Origin: Rhina ancylostomus
Taxonomy: Eukaryota
Reading direction: 5' to 3'
Length of the DNA: 64,000 nt
Assembly: GCA_030265395.1 (NCBI GenBank)
Contig: JARFYF010000001.1
Span: forward strand, 44,985,220-45,049,219
How positions within the stretch are numbered: position 1 is the first letter of the stretch; every line of letters starts with the position of its first letter. Shown one piece after another: positions 1 to 11,227 of this stretch. A program made the position numbers and the translations under genes. The notes under the pieces were generated by a model. The model was given only the letters and a program-made list of their open reading frames with translations, did no database searches and had not been told where the DNA came from.

Positions 1-11
1 ATATATTGGGC

Positions 12-166
12 TTCTCCTTTTCCTATCTTCAGTCCTGAAGAAGGGTCCTGACCCAAAACATTGACCCCCTGCTTTTCTCCACAGATGCTGCCTAGCCTGC
101 TGAGTTTCTCCAGCATCATCGTGTTTTTCATCCGGATTCCAGCATCTGCAGTCCTTTGTTTCTCTC
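12..166 (+). mobile_element. Penelope-like element terminal repeat (pLTR-type) with decayed hammerhead ribozyme
   Basis: cagtc-CTGAAGA-a-gggtc-ct-gaccc-aaaac-att-gac, then ctccacagatgctgcctagcctgctgagtttctccagc, a motif that recurs throughout the window. Confidence 0.75.
30..65 (+). ncRNA. Minimal type I hammerhead ribozyme relic (G12>A, probably inactive)
   Basis: CUGAAGA core at 35-41; perfect stem II GGGUC/GACCC at 43-54; GAAA decayed to AAAA; short stem I GUC/GAC. Confidence 0.65.
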
Positions 167-169
167 TAA

Positions 170-725
170 TACTTTATCCCTTGTGATTGGGATTTTTACA
201 AGTTCCTCTCTGTTATTTGAAATTAGTCCATCTGTTACCTTAGGGATATCTGCTGGGTCCATTGGTGAAGATTGATGCAAAAAACAATTAATTTATCTGC
301 CATTTCATTGTTTCCTGATATTAATTCACCAGACTTGTCCCACATATCTGTTAGCCACTTTCTTCCTAAATGTATCTGTAGAAACTCTTACTGTTTGTTT
401 TGATATTATACACAAGTTTTCTCTCAAAATCAATTTTCTCCCTTCTTATGAGCTTTTTAGTCTTTTGCTGCTGGATCCTAAACACTTCCCATTCCCCTGA
501 CTTACCACTAGCCCTTGCCATGTTGTATGCTCTACTTTTCAATTTAATATTATCCATGACCTCCTTTTGTTAACCACAAATTGTGTGTCTTTCTCATGGA
601 ATCCTCCTTTCTAATTGGGTTAAATTCCTGCTGAGTTTTGAAGACCAGCTGTTTGAAAATCTGACACTGCTCATCTACTGACCTGTCTTTTAGCCTATTT
701 TCCTAGTCCACCTTAGACAACTTGT
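170..725 (-). mobile_element. CR1 (HER1-like) LINE ORF2 fragment, linker between endonuclease and RT
   Basis: ORF 366..557 (KLIRREKIDFERKLVYNIKTNSKSFYRYI) matches the typical CR1 ORF2 K.N.K.FYRYI segment. Confidence 0.85.
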
Positions 726-1421
726 GCTCCTGCTTCTACTAGTGGTGCTTCCTCTTTCCCCCTTCCAAATCTGCATAATTCTACAAGTAGGCTGACCTGG
801 CATTCTGAGCGCTATTACCATATGATTGGTCTGAGGAGATTTGCAACAGTTGTTAATCATTTACTACAGGCTTGGGCCTGAACAGAAAAACTGTCTCTTG
901 TGTACAAGAAACAGATCTTTAAAAATGTGACCTGTACCCAAGGAGAAGCCATGATAAATTTGAATAATTTACTCACACGGGTTATCTCCAAGGGCTCTCA
1001 ATCATGTACTGCTGTGAGGGAGGCAGCTTCTTGATGTTTTGCTCCTTTTGTATTCACTATAATTGTCCCAAGCAGCATTTCTCGGTGTTGTGGTTGCTAA
1101 ACATAGATTTTTCCACACAAAAGCAAATGGAAATCTGGAACCCCCTCCCCGCTCCAACGAAATGCAAACCTAAATTTTTGTTCACGGGTATTAGGGTTAC
1201 AAGATCACATTGGTTTAATGATGTGGGTGGTCCACAAATATGTGAAGAGTTAAGGCTTCATTCTATTCCCAGGTTGCTTTTTTCTCCAGATAAAGCACAT
1301 TGTTACATTTCATTTCAGATAAAAAAAATTCAAAATTTGAAAATGAACAGAAGACTGACAATGTTTTGTCAAGCCCTTACCTGGGCTCGTGCAATTTTCA
1401 TGGGAAAACTACCACCCGCGG

Positions 1422-1438
1422 CCCCCCCCCCCCCCCCC
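1422..1438. repeat. Poly-C run (17 nt)
   Basis: Read directly from the sequence. Confidence 0.95.
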
Positions 1439-2059
1439 ACTCCAACCATGCCCCTAATCCCACCACCTCTGGTCAGGCTGCTATGGTGCTATGGTCTTGA
1501 AGATTATCAGCATCTTATGGTTGCAACCCTGGTGGGCTCTTTTTGCAGGCAATGGGGAGGGTGGGGGCAGAAAGAAAATAAGGTGCAGCTGTAGGCGTAG
1601 CTGCCAGCTTTGGAGAACAGCATTACAAGGCCTCAAGATGTGATGAATCTGTGCTCCCTCGAGAAGAATAAGTAAAACAAATCTTTGGGTCTTCTCCTCC
1701 TCCCTGCCTGATGCTGACTGTGTGATCTGAGGGGATCTCAGTCCCAGACCTGTGCTCCGGGGCATCACGGTTGCAGTCTGAAACCTCTTTCATCTTGCTT
1801 GATTCCAAATGTGGTCACCTTGTAACCAGACAAATTCAAGAGTATGATCAGGAAAATTAATGTTCTTCAGATGCTGAAGAAAGATATGTTGAGCCACTGT
1901 TTCTATGTGTCAAAATTTTTGCTGGACCCTTTAAGGTACTCTAATAATATAATTCATGGCTTTCAGGAGTTTTGACATTTCTTATTTGCTTCTCTTTTAT
2001 CTAACAAGCTGGTTGAATCTTGCAGCACAACCTATGTCACAAATTTTAAATTGCTTTGT

Positions 2060-2380
2060 CTTCTTTTTAATCAAAGAAGTGGATGCTGCCGTTGATCCTA
2101 GATGGTTCACTGATTTAACTGAATTCTAACATTAATGTGAGACGCACACGTTTCCTTTCATGTTATGTTACAGTTTATGTTATGGAAATCCATAAATCAA
2201 TATACTGATGTCAAAAGTGATATGGCAGAATGAAAACTGATGAAATTTGCTTTAGTAATTCAACATTGTTTTGTCCTTCGGAATTCTATTTAATTTTCAG
2301 TATGTATATTAGATGTTACGATAAGCGGTTAAAATCCATTGATCTGAAGTCAGTGCAGATAGCGTTACATGAAATTGTTT
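2060..2380. promoter_or_regulatory. Candidate conserved non-coding enhancer
   Basis: CCATAAATCA at 2190-2199 (TGATTTATGG on -, PBX-HOX type); TGTCAA 2209 and TGGCAG 2223 nearby; no repeat similarity. Conservation untested. Confidence 0.3.
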
Positions 2381-3714
2381 ANNNNNNNNNNNNNNNNNNN
2401 NNNNNNNNNNNNNNNNNNNNNNNNNNNNNNNNNNNNNNNNNNNNNNNNNNNNNNNNNNNNNNNNNNNNNNNNNNNNNNNNNAATTGTTTAATCACTTAAG
2501 TGAAATACTGAAAGCAGAGTACTGTCACCTAAATCTACAATAGCAGTTTACTGGAAAGATGTCTCAAAATTATACATTTTTTAAAAAAAGTGTAAAATCC
2601 AAAATTTTAATGAGCATTGGGTTGAGCTAACAGCCATGAAGGAGGTCCATGAAATGAAATATATTCTTAATATACTGTATCATAATAGTTTGTACAGAAG
2701 AAAAAATAAATTTGCAAAGCTTAAATAAGATTTTCTGCATTATGTAAGAGCACAACCCTTAGTGGCCTGGAGCACAGACTTCGAGGAAGCAGTAAGGCAG
2801 ATACACCATTTGGAAATAAAAGTATATGGTCTGGAAAATCAGCAGGGGGAGAATTAAATAGAGTGTGCATAAAATTAATCTTTGAAAGGAAATGTCCTTG
2901 AAGCTTCATGTTGAGTATAAAGCATTGACATTAAGTGATAATAATGTAGGTAGCCAACAAAAAGGCCAACTGCTTTGTAAGAAGCTCTGCTGTCTATCAA
3001 TTTCTTGTTACTGGGTTGTGTTGATTTCATGTAGTTATAAATTGATTGTGAGAGAACGGTTTTTAGTATTATCCTCTGCAATATAGTGGGATCATTGAAA
3101 TGAAGTCCAAGGGATTAAGAGCTCATGTTCCCCTCCCTTGATATGAATAAGTAAATTGCTTTCCGGTGCCATAAACATCTTCTCCCAACTTATTGCTTCC
3201 ATCTGAACTGAGAAAAGGTCCATCATCTAGGATTTGTTGGGACAAGTAAATTGTTAACATTCACATCCTGTCAAAAACTGGCAAATTCATAGCCTTGGGG
3301 ACTTTTAATATAAAACTGAAGTACTTGGGCAACAACTGTGTTACATACAGCAGGAATAGAAATTATTGGATTTATTATGGGACTTACAGTGCTAAATCTT
3401 TTACTGTAATAATGCATTGTTCAACAGCTTTAAAGGGGAGCCTACTGATTGTTTGAAATAGGATAGCCTTTGCATACATTTTGAAGGCAATAAGAAGGAG
3501 AGTATCAGGTGCCAAGGATTTGTGTCTGGAAGTGTGACTGGGTACCCTCTGCTGGATTCCAGGGAGCAAAGTGGTTCTGTGAGGAATATGGTTAGAGTTA
3601 TTGGTCATCTTCAGGAAATATTATTAAGAAAGTTCTCCTGCTCTACAGCATGCACCCTGTCATTTAAAATAAAGATGTTTGGGGCCCAGATGTTGAAGGG
3701 GTCCAATTAGTTCA

Positions 3715-3835
3715 TCATTTAGAGTCTTTTGCTGAAAGATAGGATTGGGTTGGGCAGCTCTTTTTTCAACCCAGTATGGGTATGATGGGCCTAATGACTT
3801 CCTTTGGTATCTTAAACTTGCTACAAATTTATGAT
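3715..3835 (+). mobile_element. CR1 LINE 3' tail remnant
   Basis: gatgggcctaatgacttcctttggt resembles the gatgggccgaagggcct tail of other CR1 copies here. Confidence 0.5.
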
Positions 3836-3977
3836 CCATGGTATGGTCCCAGTGGGACAAGTTCCACACCCTAGAATGGCTTTTGTAATTCTGAGAATTA
3901 AACCACAGAACAATTTAATTTTGATCACTGAAATATAAAATTATCTTGTAAAACATGATGAATTGTCATTGTGGTGA

Positions 3978-4215
3978 TCAAAGTCAAAGTTGAGTTTATT
4001 GTCATATATGCAAGTTTACATGTGTGCACAGGTGCAATGAAAAATTTACTTGCAGCAGCATCACAGGTACATAGTAGCATATAAGCAGCATTCAAAATTT
4101 TTACAAGAAAGAACACAATTTGGAAAAAAAAACCCTCCATTTTAGTGAAAAGAGATGAAATTGGTCCTAGTGTTGCTAAACTAGTGATTAGGGTTTGCCG
4201 GTTGGTTCAAGAATG
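3978..4215 (-). mobile_element. Rex1/Babar-type LINE 3' UTR
   Basis: On - it ends tgacaataaactcaactttgactttg, the same architecture (tttcactg...tgacaataaa plus short tail repeat) as the copy at 47975-48381. Confidence 0.6.
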
Positions 4216-5939
4216 ACGACTTAATTTTTGTTTAAAAGGTCAACTGGCCATAAGTCCGTCAGTCCCAAATTACACTGCTCCATGCCTACGCCACCTCTAA
4301 AGCTCAGAAGGAATGCTGTTTGGGAAGGGTTAAAATGTAAACACTCTACCTTGTGCTTCCGATGACTTCCTGATTGTTTAAACTTATATTATCCTAAATC
4401 GAACTATTGAATTGACTGGGGAAGCCCTAACTTTCCAAAGTCGCAGCTTTGTGCCACCTTCACTGCTGTGAATGAAACTAACAGTTAGTGAGAGGGAAGA
4501 CTGTATGAACACACCACAGGCATAAACTCTGAACTTTTACAGATCTTTGTGACTCCACCTCCTACTCCCGGCTCTGTTGGTGACCCAAATCTTTTAGCTG
4601 CCTCCTCTTCCCAATCACAGCTATGAAGCCTTGTTCCCCTGATTGCCAAGGTTTGACCCAAGGCATCACTTCCTTCTGCAGGGTTCCACCCTCAACAGCC
4701 CACCATGCAAATAATCTGGCTGGCTATAAAACAGCAGCTTGTCCAAAATCATTCACAAGCCCTGCATAAAGCAACAGGGCCTCCTTGTTAATCTCTTCAA
4801 CCACAACTAGGCTGTTCCACACCCTCCCCACCTCCTTATTAATAGCCTATTCATGAAACTAGTTCACACCATGTGTTGAAACATAATGCATTTTAAGGTG
4901 CAATAGCAGGTCATGCAGTTACACAAAAAAATCATCAATTTAAGAGTGTGATCCACCACCACCACCTTTGGAAGTCCGTTAATGCAATTGTATCAATCTC
5001 ACCCGTATTACAAATGTAAAAGAAAAACTATAAGGGTATTCACTAAATGTACCAAGGGGTTCATTAGTCTTTGGTAGTCTTATACAATGAGCAATAGTAA
5101 ATGATAAGCTCTATTTACACCCTGCCCTATTTTCCATTGCGTTTCACTTGAAATGAAAATTGGGCAGTTTGTAAAATGGGCTAACTATTTACCATCACTT
5201 ATTTTGTGTTGCTGTCAAAGCCTATTTTATCCACTGGTGTTGAAATAATAATGGCAAGTATACAGGAGAGATATCTTGGTGCTACATCATTCTTTCAACT
5301 CTGAGAGATTTCTCCAGTAGTTCTTGGCCTGTTCAGGAAACATGTCTTGCAGTGTCCAAATTATATTTATTGCAGTACAGTGGAAGACAGCATTTCTTCT
5401 TTTTGCAATGTAGGTTTAGGAATCCTTCATAGAAGTATTACTTTTTTTATACTTGTTTAACTTGAATTTCATGAAAATGGAGGCATAAAGGTTGTTCTTA
5501 ATATATGATTGAAATTTGTCTTTATATCATTTCTACTTAATTGTCTATCAGTGAAGAGGTATACAATGGGTTAGCCCACTAGGATCTCAGGATGGAGAAA
5601 GCAGCATAAGTTTGTACATTCATGTTGCTTTGATGTAGATTTTGCAGATGAATGATTCTGGAAGTAATCTTCTGGTTGAGGATCAACAAACAATAGCAAT
5701 CCTGACATTTCCATCAATAGTGAAAAGTATATTTAATAAAGGAAAAATCTTTGAGGAAGAGTTGTATTTTGCTTGAAATACAAGTCAGGAATACTTTAAT
5801 TACCTGTACTTTTAGTTAATTGTTTAATTGACCACTGATCATTTGTGAAACAAATGACAAGATAAAAGATACGATTGCCCTGATATAATTGTAACCTCAC
5901 AATACATAATATAAAACACTGATATTCATATAGTAGATC

Positions 5940-6600
5940 GCATCTGTTCCACATGAACTGTTTTGACTTTCCAAATCGGACTGATTTATTAGGACTTTGT
6001 TACACAGTAAAATAGTTGATGGCTGTAATAGTGAATTTGTCTTCTCTGCCCTTTATAGGTACTGAATAATATTTGAAGATATTTGTTAAGATATTCCAAA
6101 ACTGTATTGAAATAATGAGCTTACCATATTTTCTGCATGGCACGAAATAAGTGAAAGAAATGATGGAGTGTGAGTACTCTGACTGTTGACATGAGGACAT
6201 GCAGGGGGTCAGGATGATATTTATTGATGAAACTCTCAGCTTCCAATCTGCCGCACTGAGTGCACATCATGCAGCTGTCATGACAGACATTGTTGAAAAA
6301 ATGATGTTTTGGGACAATTTTCAGCTCTCATTTACAAAGAGTACTGAAGCAGCAAAAATTAGTAACAGATCTCACAATGTATCTTATTTTGACATGATGC
6401 TTTAGACCTTTGATCTGGAAAAGAACAACATATGTATCATCTATGAGTTGCTGCAATCCTACGCCACCTCTCCAGTAAGACTGCTTTAAACACTGTTCAT
6501 AGCTAATCTCACTACTGAAGCTTTGTATGTTCTGCAATCAATTGCAGTTGTCGAAAGGCCATTTTATTGGCAAAATAATTGATTTGTTGTAATTTTGTTT
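5940..6600. promoter_or_regulatory. Candidate conserved non-coding enhancer block
   Basis: TGATTTATTA at 5982; palindromic double MEIS/TGIF site CTGTCATGACAG at 6275-6286 overlapping E-box CAGCTG; repeat-free. Confidence 0.35.
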
Positions 6601-7439
6601 TTATAATTTTTGATTTTGTAGGCAGACACCATTCCTCTACTTTGTTTCAAAGCTTCTCACAGTTATAAATACTCATTCAGCTGGAAAAACAGACTGAAGG
6701 TTGGGGGAGGGAGGTGGAGAGTGGTGCTGGGGAACAGGTCAGAATCCCTGCATTACACCAGTTTCAAAGTGTAACAGAATACAAATTTTGGGACACCTTT
6801 TTGAGAAACCAAGTGTGAGAACAAATATGCATGATGGTTTGCATTGTTAGTTATAATTTTCCTGTTAAATTGGATGCATATTTATAATTCACTGGAGTAT
6901 CTGACAATCCAGCTCAGGAAAGGAATTATACATATAAGGAATTTTATGGGTATATGATTAATTCCAATTGAAATTTTACATTGGAGATATATTGCAGTAC
7001 TATTAGAACAGACTGTACAATACAGACTGTAGCTTACTGAGATGTAGTTTGCAAAGCATATTTTAGTTGACTGGAAGGAATACTGTCCACTTTGGTCCAT
7101 GCATAGAGCTGCATTTTTTAATGCCACTGGAGCAAGGGTGGAATTGTTCTCATATCAATTAGAAAAACTTTATATTTACGGAGCATGCAGTAGGTTCAGC
7201 AGACTGCTAAAAAAAATTTTATTGACTGAAGAATAATATTTCTCTTGGAATGCTTTTGGCCACCTATAAATTTGTTTCGTCCTCTCCCGCTTTAAGCTTG
7301 TCACTGCATTAGATTGAACAGATAATTAATTGTAAAGCAGAATTCAATTTCTGGAACTGAAATGGAATAATTAGTGATTAGGAATGACTGTAACACAAGA
7401 AACAGCACCTAGAGAAACAGCAGGATGGGATACATTAAA

Positions 7440-7715
7440 AAAATCTATTTCTATGGTACCTTTTATGTCTCTCAGATTATCTAAAATGCGTCCTGTATAA
7501 TGACGCACTTTGAGTTGTATTCAGTGTTGCTCAGGCAGCAGCGAACTTCCTAAGGGAAACCACACGAATGACCAGAGCATCTATTTCATTTGCAGGAGGA
7601 ATCTAAGTGGGATTTTGGGAAAATATTGGGACTCTTCAGAATGGTATTTGGCAACTTTAATGTCCATCTAGCGGGCAGACAGGGCCATAGTTTATCCAAA
7701 GGTTGCCACCCTGAA
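7440..7715 (-). mobile_element. Deu-domain SINE (SacSINE1/AmnSINE1 superfamily), old
   Basis: ttaatgtccatctagcgggcagacagggccatagtttatccaaagg is the reverse complement of a decayed Deu core (aaccgaggccccgtctgccc...gtggacgtaaa); L2-like tail on the left. Confidence 0.6.
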
Positions 7716-9564
7716 GGATGACTTGAATAAAAAGGATGCTAGTTTGTAGGTATTTTAGTGTGAATAACCATGTTTTTTTGTAAGAAGTGGAAGATTGAGT
7801 GAGTAATGGTGAATCAAAATGTTTGTTGGAGATTAGGGTTTGGTTTGTAACTTGATACTATATTCACATTTCCTTTCTGTGACAATACCACACATGGAAG
7901 TTTTGGATCTCTCTTGTTCTTATGTTATGGCGATAAGTTACTACTGGGCTTTACTCACTCCTGCTTCTATCTGATAGCGAATTTACCACTGCTGGTCTTG
8001 TCGATAAAATCCATGACTATCTAGGAACTCATTTTTAGTTAAGGAAAAAGAATTTTTTTTCTCAGAATTGGCCAACTTAGAGTGGAGAACATGAACAATA
8101 AATAACTGTTTCATTCCCCCTGTGAGGTAATGTGATAAATAGCTGAAACAATACAACAGCTTTTGGTGTGTTTTGCCAGCAGTTCCATACAGAACTATAA
8201 ATATTCATCCATGTAAGTCGCTGCAGATTTTGGGAATCCTCTGCAAATGAGGATATCCTGATCTTGCCATTGGTGATTTCTCAGCTGGACTCTGCATGGA
8301 CTTGCGAGACTGTTCAAGACAGCGCTATAAGAAGAAAGGAAACGATAAGGCAAGTTACACATTTTTTAAAAAATTGTGTTTGCTTTAATGTTTTTAGTTA
8401 CTTACAGGCATTCTATGTGTCTTCATACATTTAACATGTCTTAGTAGTTATGCATTTGATTTTTTAATGGCTTTTAAATGTGTCAGGACATTCAGAAGCA
8501 CTGAAGAAAACACAATAGCTTTGACAGACAGCATTAAAAGTTGCCAGAGAAATTGTGTGTGGTGCTTTTCTGGCCCACCCATTTGACCCAATTACACTTG
8601 GTCCTCGTAACCCACAAGGGCACAGATATCTCATGGGTAATGAAAAGCAGGTACCATGAAGGCCCTCTCTTTTGTACCCAATATATCCCCCAAGTAAACA
8701 TAAGTATGCCATACAATGTTCTTAAAGTATTAACATTAAAGTTTTTAAAAAAACCTAAAAGGAAATTATATCAGCTAACAAACTGCTTCCACCAAATATG
8801 TTTGAACTTACGAATAGTGATCAGTTTTGAAATCACAAGGTGCAGCTGTGTAACGAAAACTGCTCTCTACTAGGAAAGCACACAGCAGGGAGCTATTTGA
8901 CATGAGTGGTCTGGAAACTGATCATTGTATTTATACTGACAATGAATGGTTCCTCGATAAATACATGAATATAGATATACTTGTTCAAAACAATCTGAAG
9001 TGGGGCCCGGGCCAACTACACAAGTGCACAGGTCTGCAGATAGCAAATTAGAGACTAATGGGGACTGACCTACATCAGCCAAGGCTCATGTGTCACACAG
9101 AGCCTCACTGGTCTGCTCCAGGACAAGCCTGGCCAACAAAGTCAGCCATATAGATTCAGTCCAGGTAAGCTTTGGACAAAGGAAGCTAGGAGTGGTGTGT
9201 GAGGCCCCATTCAGCAAAATCTGAGCCCAGATCTATTACACCAAAAACTTTCAGTGCCTTGTATGGCTTAATTCCTGTTGCAAGTACATCAGGTTGTCAC
9301 TGTCACTTCAAAGGCTTGCAGGTCAAAAGACATTGAAGATTAAACTCTTTTGTTTCTTGCATCTTGTGTGAATGAAAAGATTTTGGCAGCTGCCATGTGA
9401 AATACTGTATTACAGCCAATTCCCTCCTAACACTGACCAGAAATGTCATCTGGTGCTTTAGTTGAAAGGATACAATAATTTAAGAAACTCCTGAGCTATT
9501 GGAAATTTGTAATGGGGCTTAATATACTTGGGGAAAAGACATGAAGGGGATAATATCTTCTTTA

Positions 9565-9872
9565 CCAATCATGCATTGTGGATGTGCCAAGACCAGCATT
9601 TATTGCTCATCCCTAACTGCCTTTGAAAGGGAGTTGGTGAATTGGCTTCCATACTCAGTGCAGTTGCCGTGCTGAAGGCATTTCTACCCTACCATTTGGG
9701 AAATTTCCAGAATTTTTGGTGTATTTCCAAGTCAGGATTATGTGTGATCTGGAAGGGAACTTGGCTTGTTGTAGCCTTGGCCATCTGTCCCTGTCCTTTG
9801 AGATTGTGGTCTCCAGTTTGGAAGATGCTGCTCAAGAAGCTTTAGTGAGCTGCAGTAGTGCATCTCGTAAAT
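9565..9872 (-). mobile_element. Jockey-group (CR1/L2-like) LINE 'family B', 3' end
   Basis: ccagcatttattgctcatccctaactgcc tail shared with 13072 and 50148; continues at 10785 after a nested CR1. Confidence 0.75.
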
Positions 9873-10783
9873 AACAGGAGCAGTAATCAGCCATTAGTCC
9901 CCTTGTTCCTGCTCTACCAGTCAATAAGATTATGGCTGATCGGTACCATTTTCCTATTTTAAACCATGTCCTTTGGTTCTGTTTAATATTTAAATGTTTA
10001 TTGATATCTCCCTTTAATATACTCAGTGACTGACCCACTACAGTGCTTCTGTGTTGAGAATTCCAAACATTCACTATCCTCTAGTTGAAGAAATCTCTTC
10101 TCAGTCCTGAATGGCCGATCCCTTAGTTTAAGACTATAATTCCTGATTCTAGTCACCACAACCAGAGGAAACATCAGCTCTGGATGCATCCTGTCAAGCC
10201 TTTAAGATTTTTGCATGTTTCAATGAGATTGCTTCTCATTCTTCTAACCTCTGGAGAGTCACTTAATCTCTCTTCAAGGGCAATCCCTCATCCCAGGAAT
10301 CAATCTGGTGAACCTTTGCTGCACTCCTTTTACAAGTAAATCCTTTCTTTGGTAGGAGGACCAGACCTGTATATATTGTTCCAGGAATAGTCTCACCAGG
10401 GCCCTGTATAATTACAATAAGACATCTTTACCCATGCTCCAGTATTCTTGCAATAAAGACTAACATAGCTTGCCTTTCTAATTGTTCATTTCACCTTCAC
10501 ATTATCTTTCAGCAATTGTATACAAGGACATTAAATTTCCTTGAACACCAACATCTTTCAATCTTTCACTACCTAGACAATGTTCTCTTCTATTTTTACT
10601 ACCAGTGTTGATTGCCCTCATATTTTTCTGCATTTTATTCCATGTACCATGTCCTCACCTATTCACTTAATCTGTCTCTATTTCCCTGAAGCCTCTCTAC
10701 CTCCTCCTCACAATTCATACTATGACCCAACTTTCTATCATCAGCAAGTGTAGATGCATTACACTTGGTTTCCTTATCCTCCC
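9873..10783 (-). mobile_element. CR1 LINE 3' portion (RT C-terminus and 3' UTR), nested in family B LINE
   Basis: ORF 10659..10850 contains STLADDRKLG..NCEEEVERLQ (FADD-like RT core); ORF 9998..10189 YSLKLRDRPFRTE; aacaggagcag...cagccatt tail at 9873. Confidence 0.85.
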
Positions 10784-10784
10784 C

Positions 10785-11095
10785 AGAAACACGCTGCAGC
10801 CACTTAAACAACTGGGTGCCAATCTTGTGTTGGTTTGTCCTGGAAGGCATTGAACTTCTTGAATTTTATTGGAGCAACATGCTTCTAGGCAAGTAGAGAA
10901 TATTCCATCGCACTCTGACCACCTTTAGATCGTATATGGATTTTGTGGAGATGAGCTGGTTCACTTGGTGGCAATACATTGGCCTCTGATCTGCTCTTGT
11001 AGCCGCAGTACTTACAAGAATGGCACAGTTAAGTTTCTGGTCACTGGTGGTCACCAGGGTGTTAATGGTTGTGATGGGGGTGGGTGATTTCAAAA
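10785..11095 (-). mobile_element. Family B LINE continuation (RT C-terminal region)
   Basis: ORF 10866..11093 TINTLVTTSDQKLN..VSTAATRADQR resembles LGVTIDQKLNW..H; colinear with 13400-13685 and 40620-40870. Confidence 0.75.
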
Positions 11096-11227
11096 GTAGC
11101 AGTTTTCTAGCCCATAAAAACTAGAACAAATTCTCCACCTTGTTGGATTTATGCCAGTATTGTATCTGCACTGGAACATCTCAAGGGTAGCAGCTAATTT
11201 TAGTTCAGACTTCCATGCAATAGTCAG

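Noticed and set aside
1374-1390. cttacctgg resembling the U1 snRNA 5' end
   Set aside because: Downstream sequence does not match U1; no Sm site.
1004-1594. 196-aa ORF, the longest without Ns
   Set aside because: No recognisable domain; the proline run is just the poly-C tract; no exon context. Probably a chance ORF.
8050-9230. Possible non-autonomous DNA transposon ending aaaatctgagccc (similar texture at 20600-21480 and 50480-50880)
   Set aside because: No matching left TIR or TSD found by eye; needs a repeat library.
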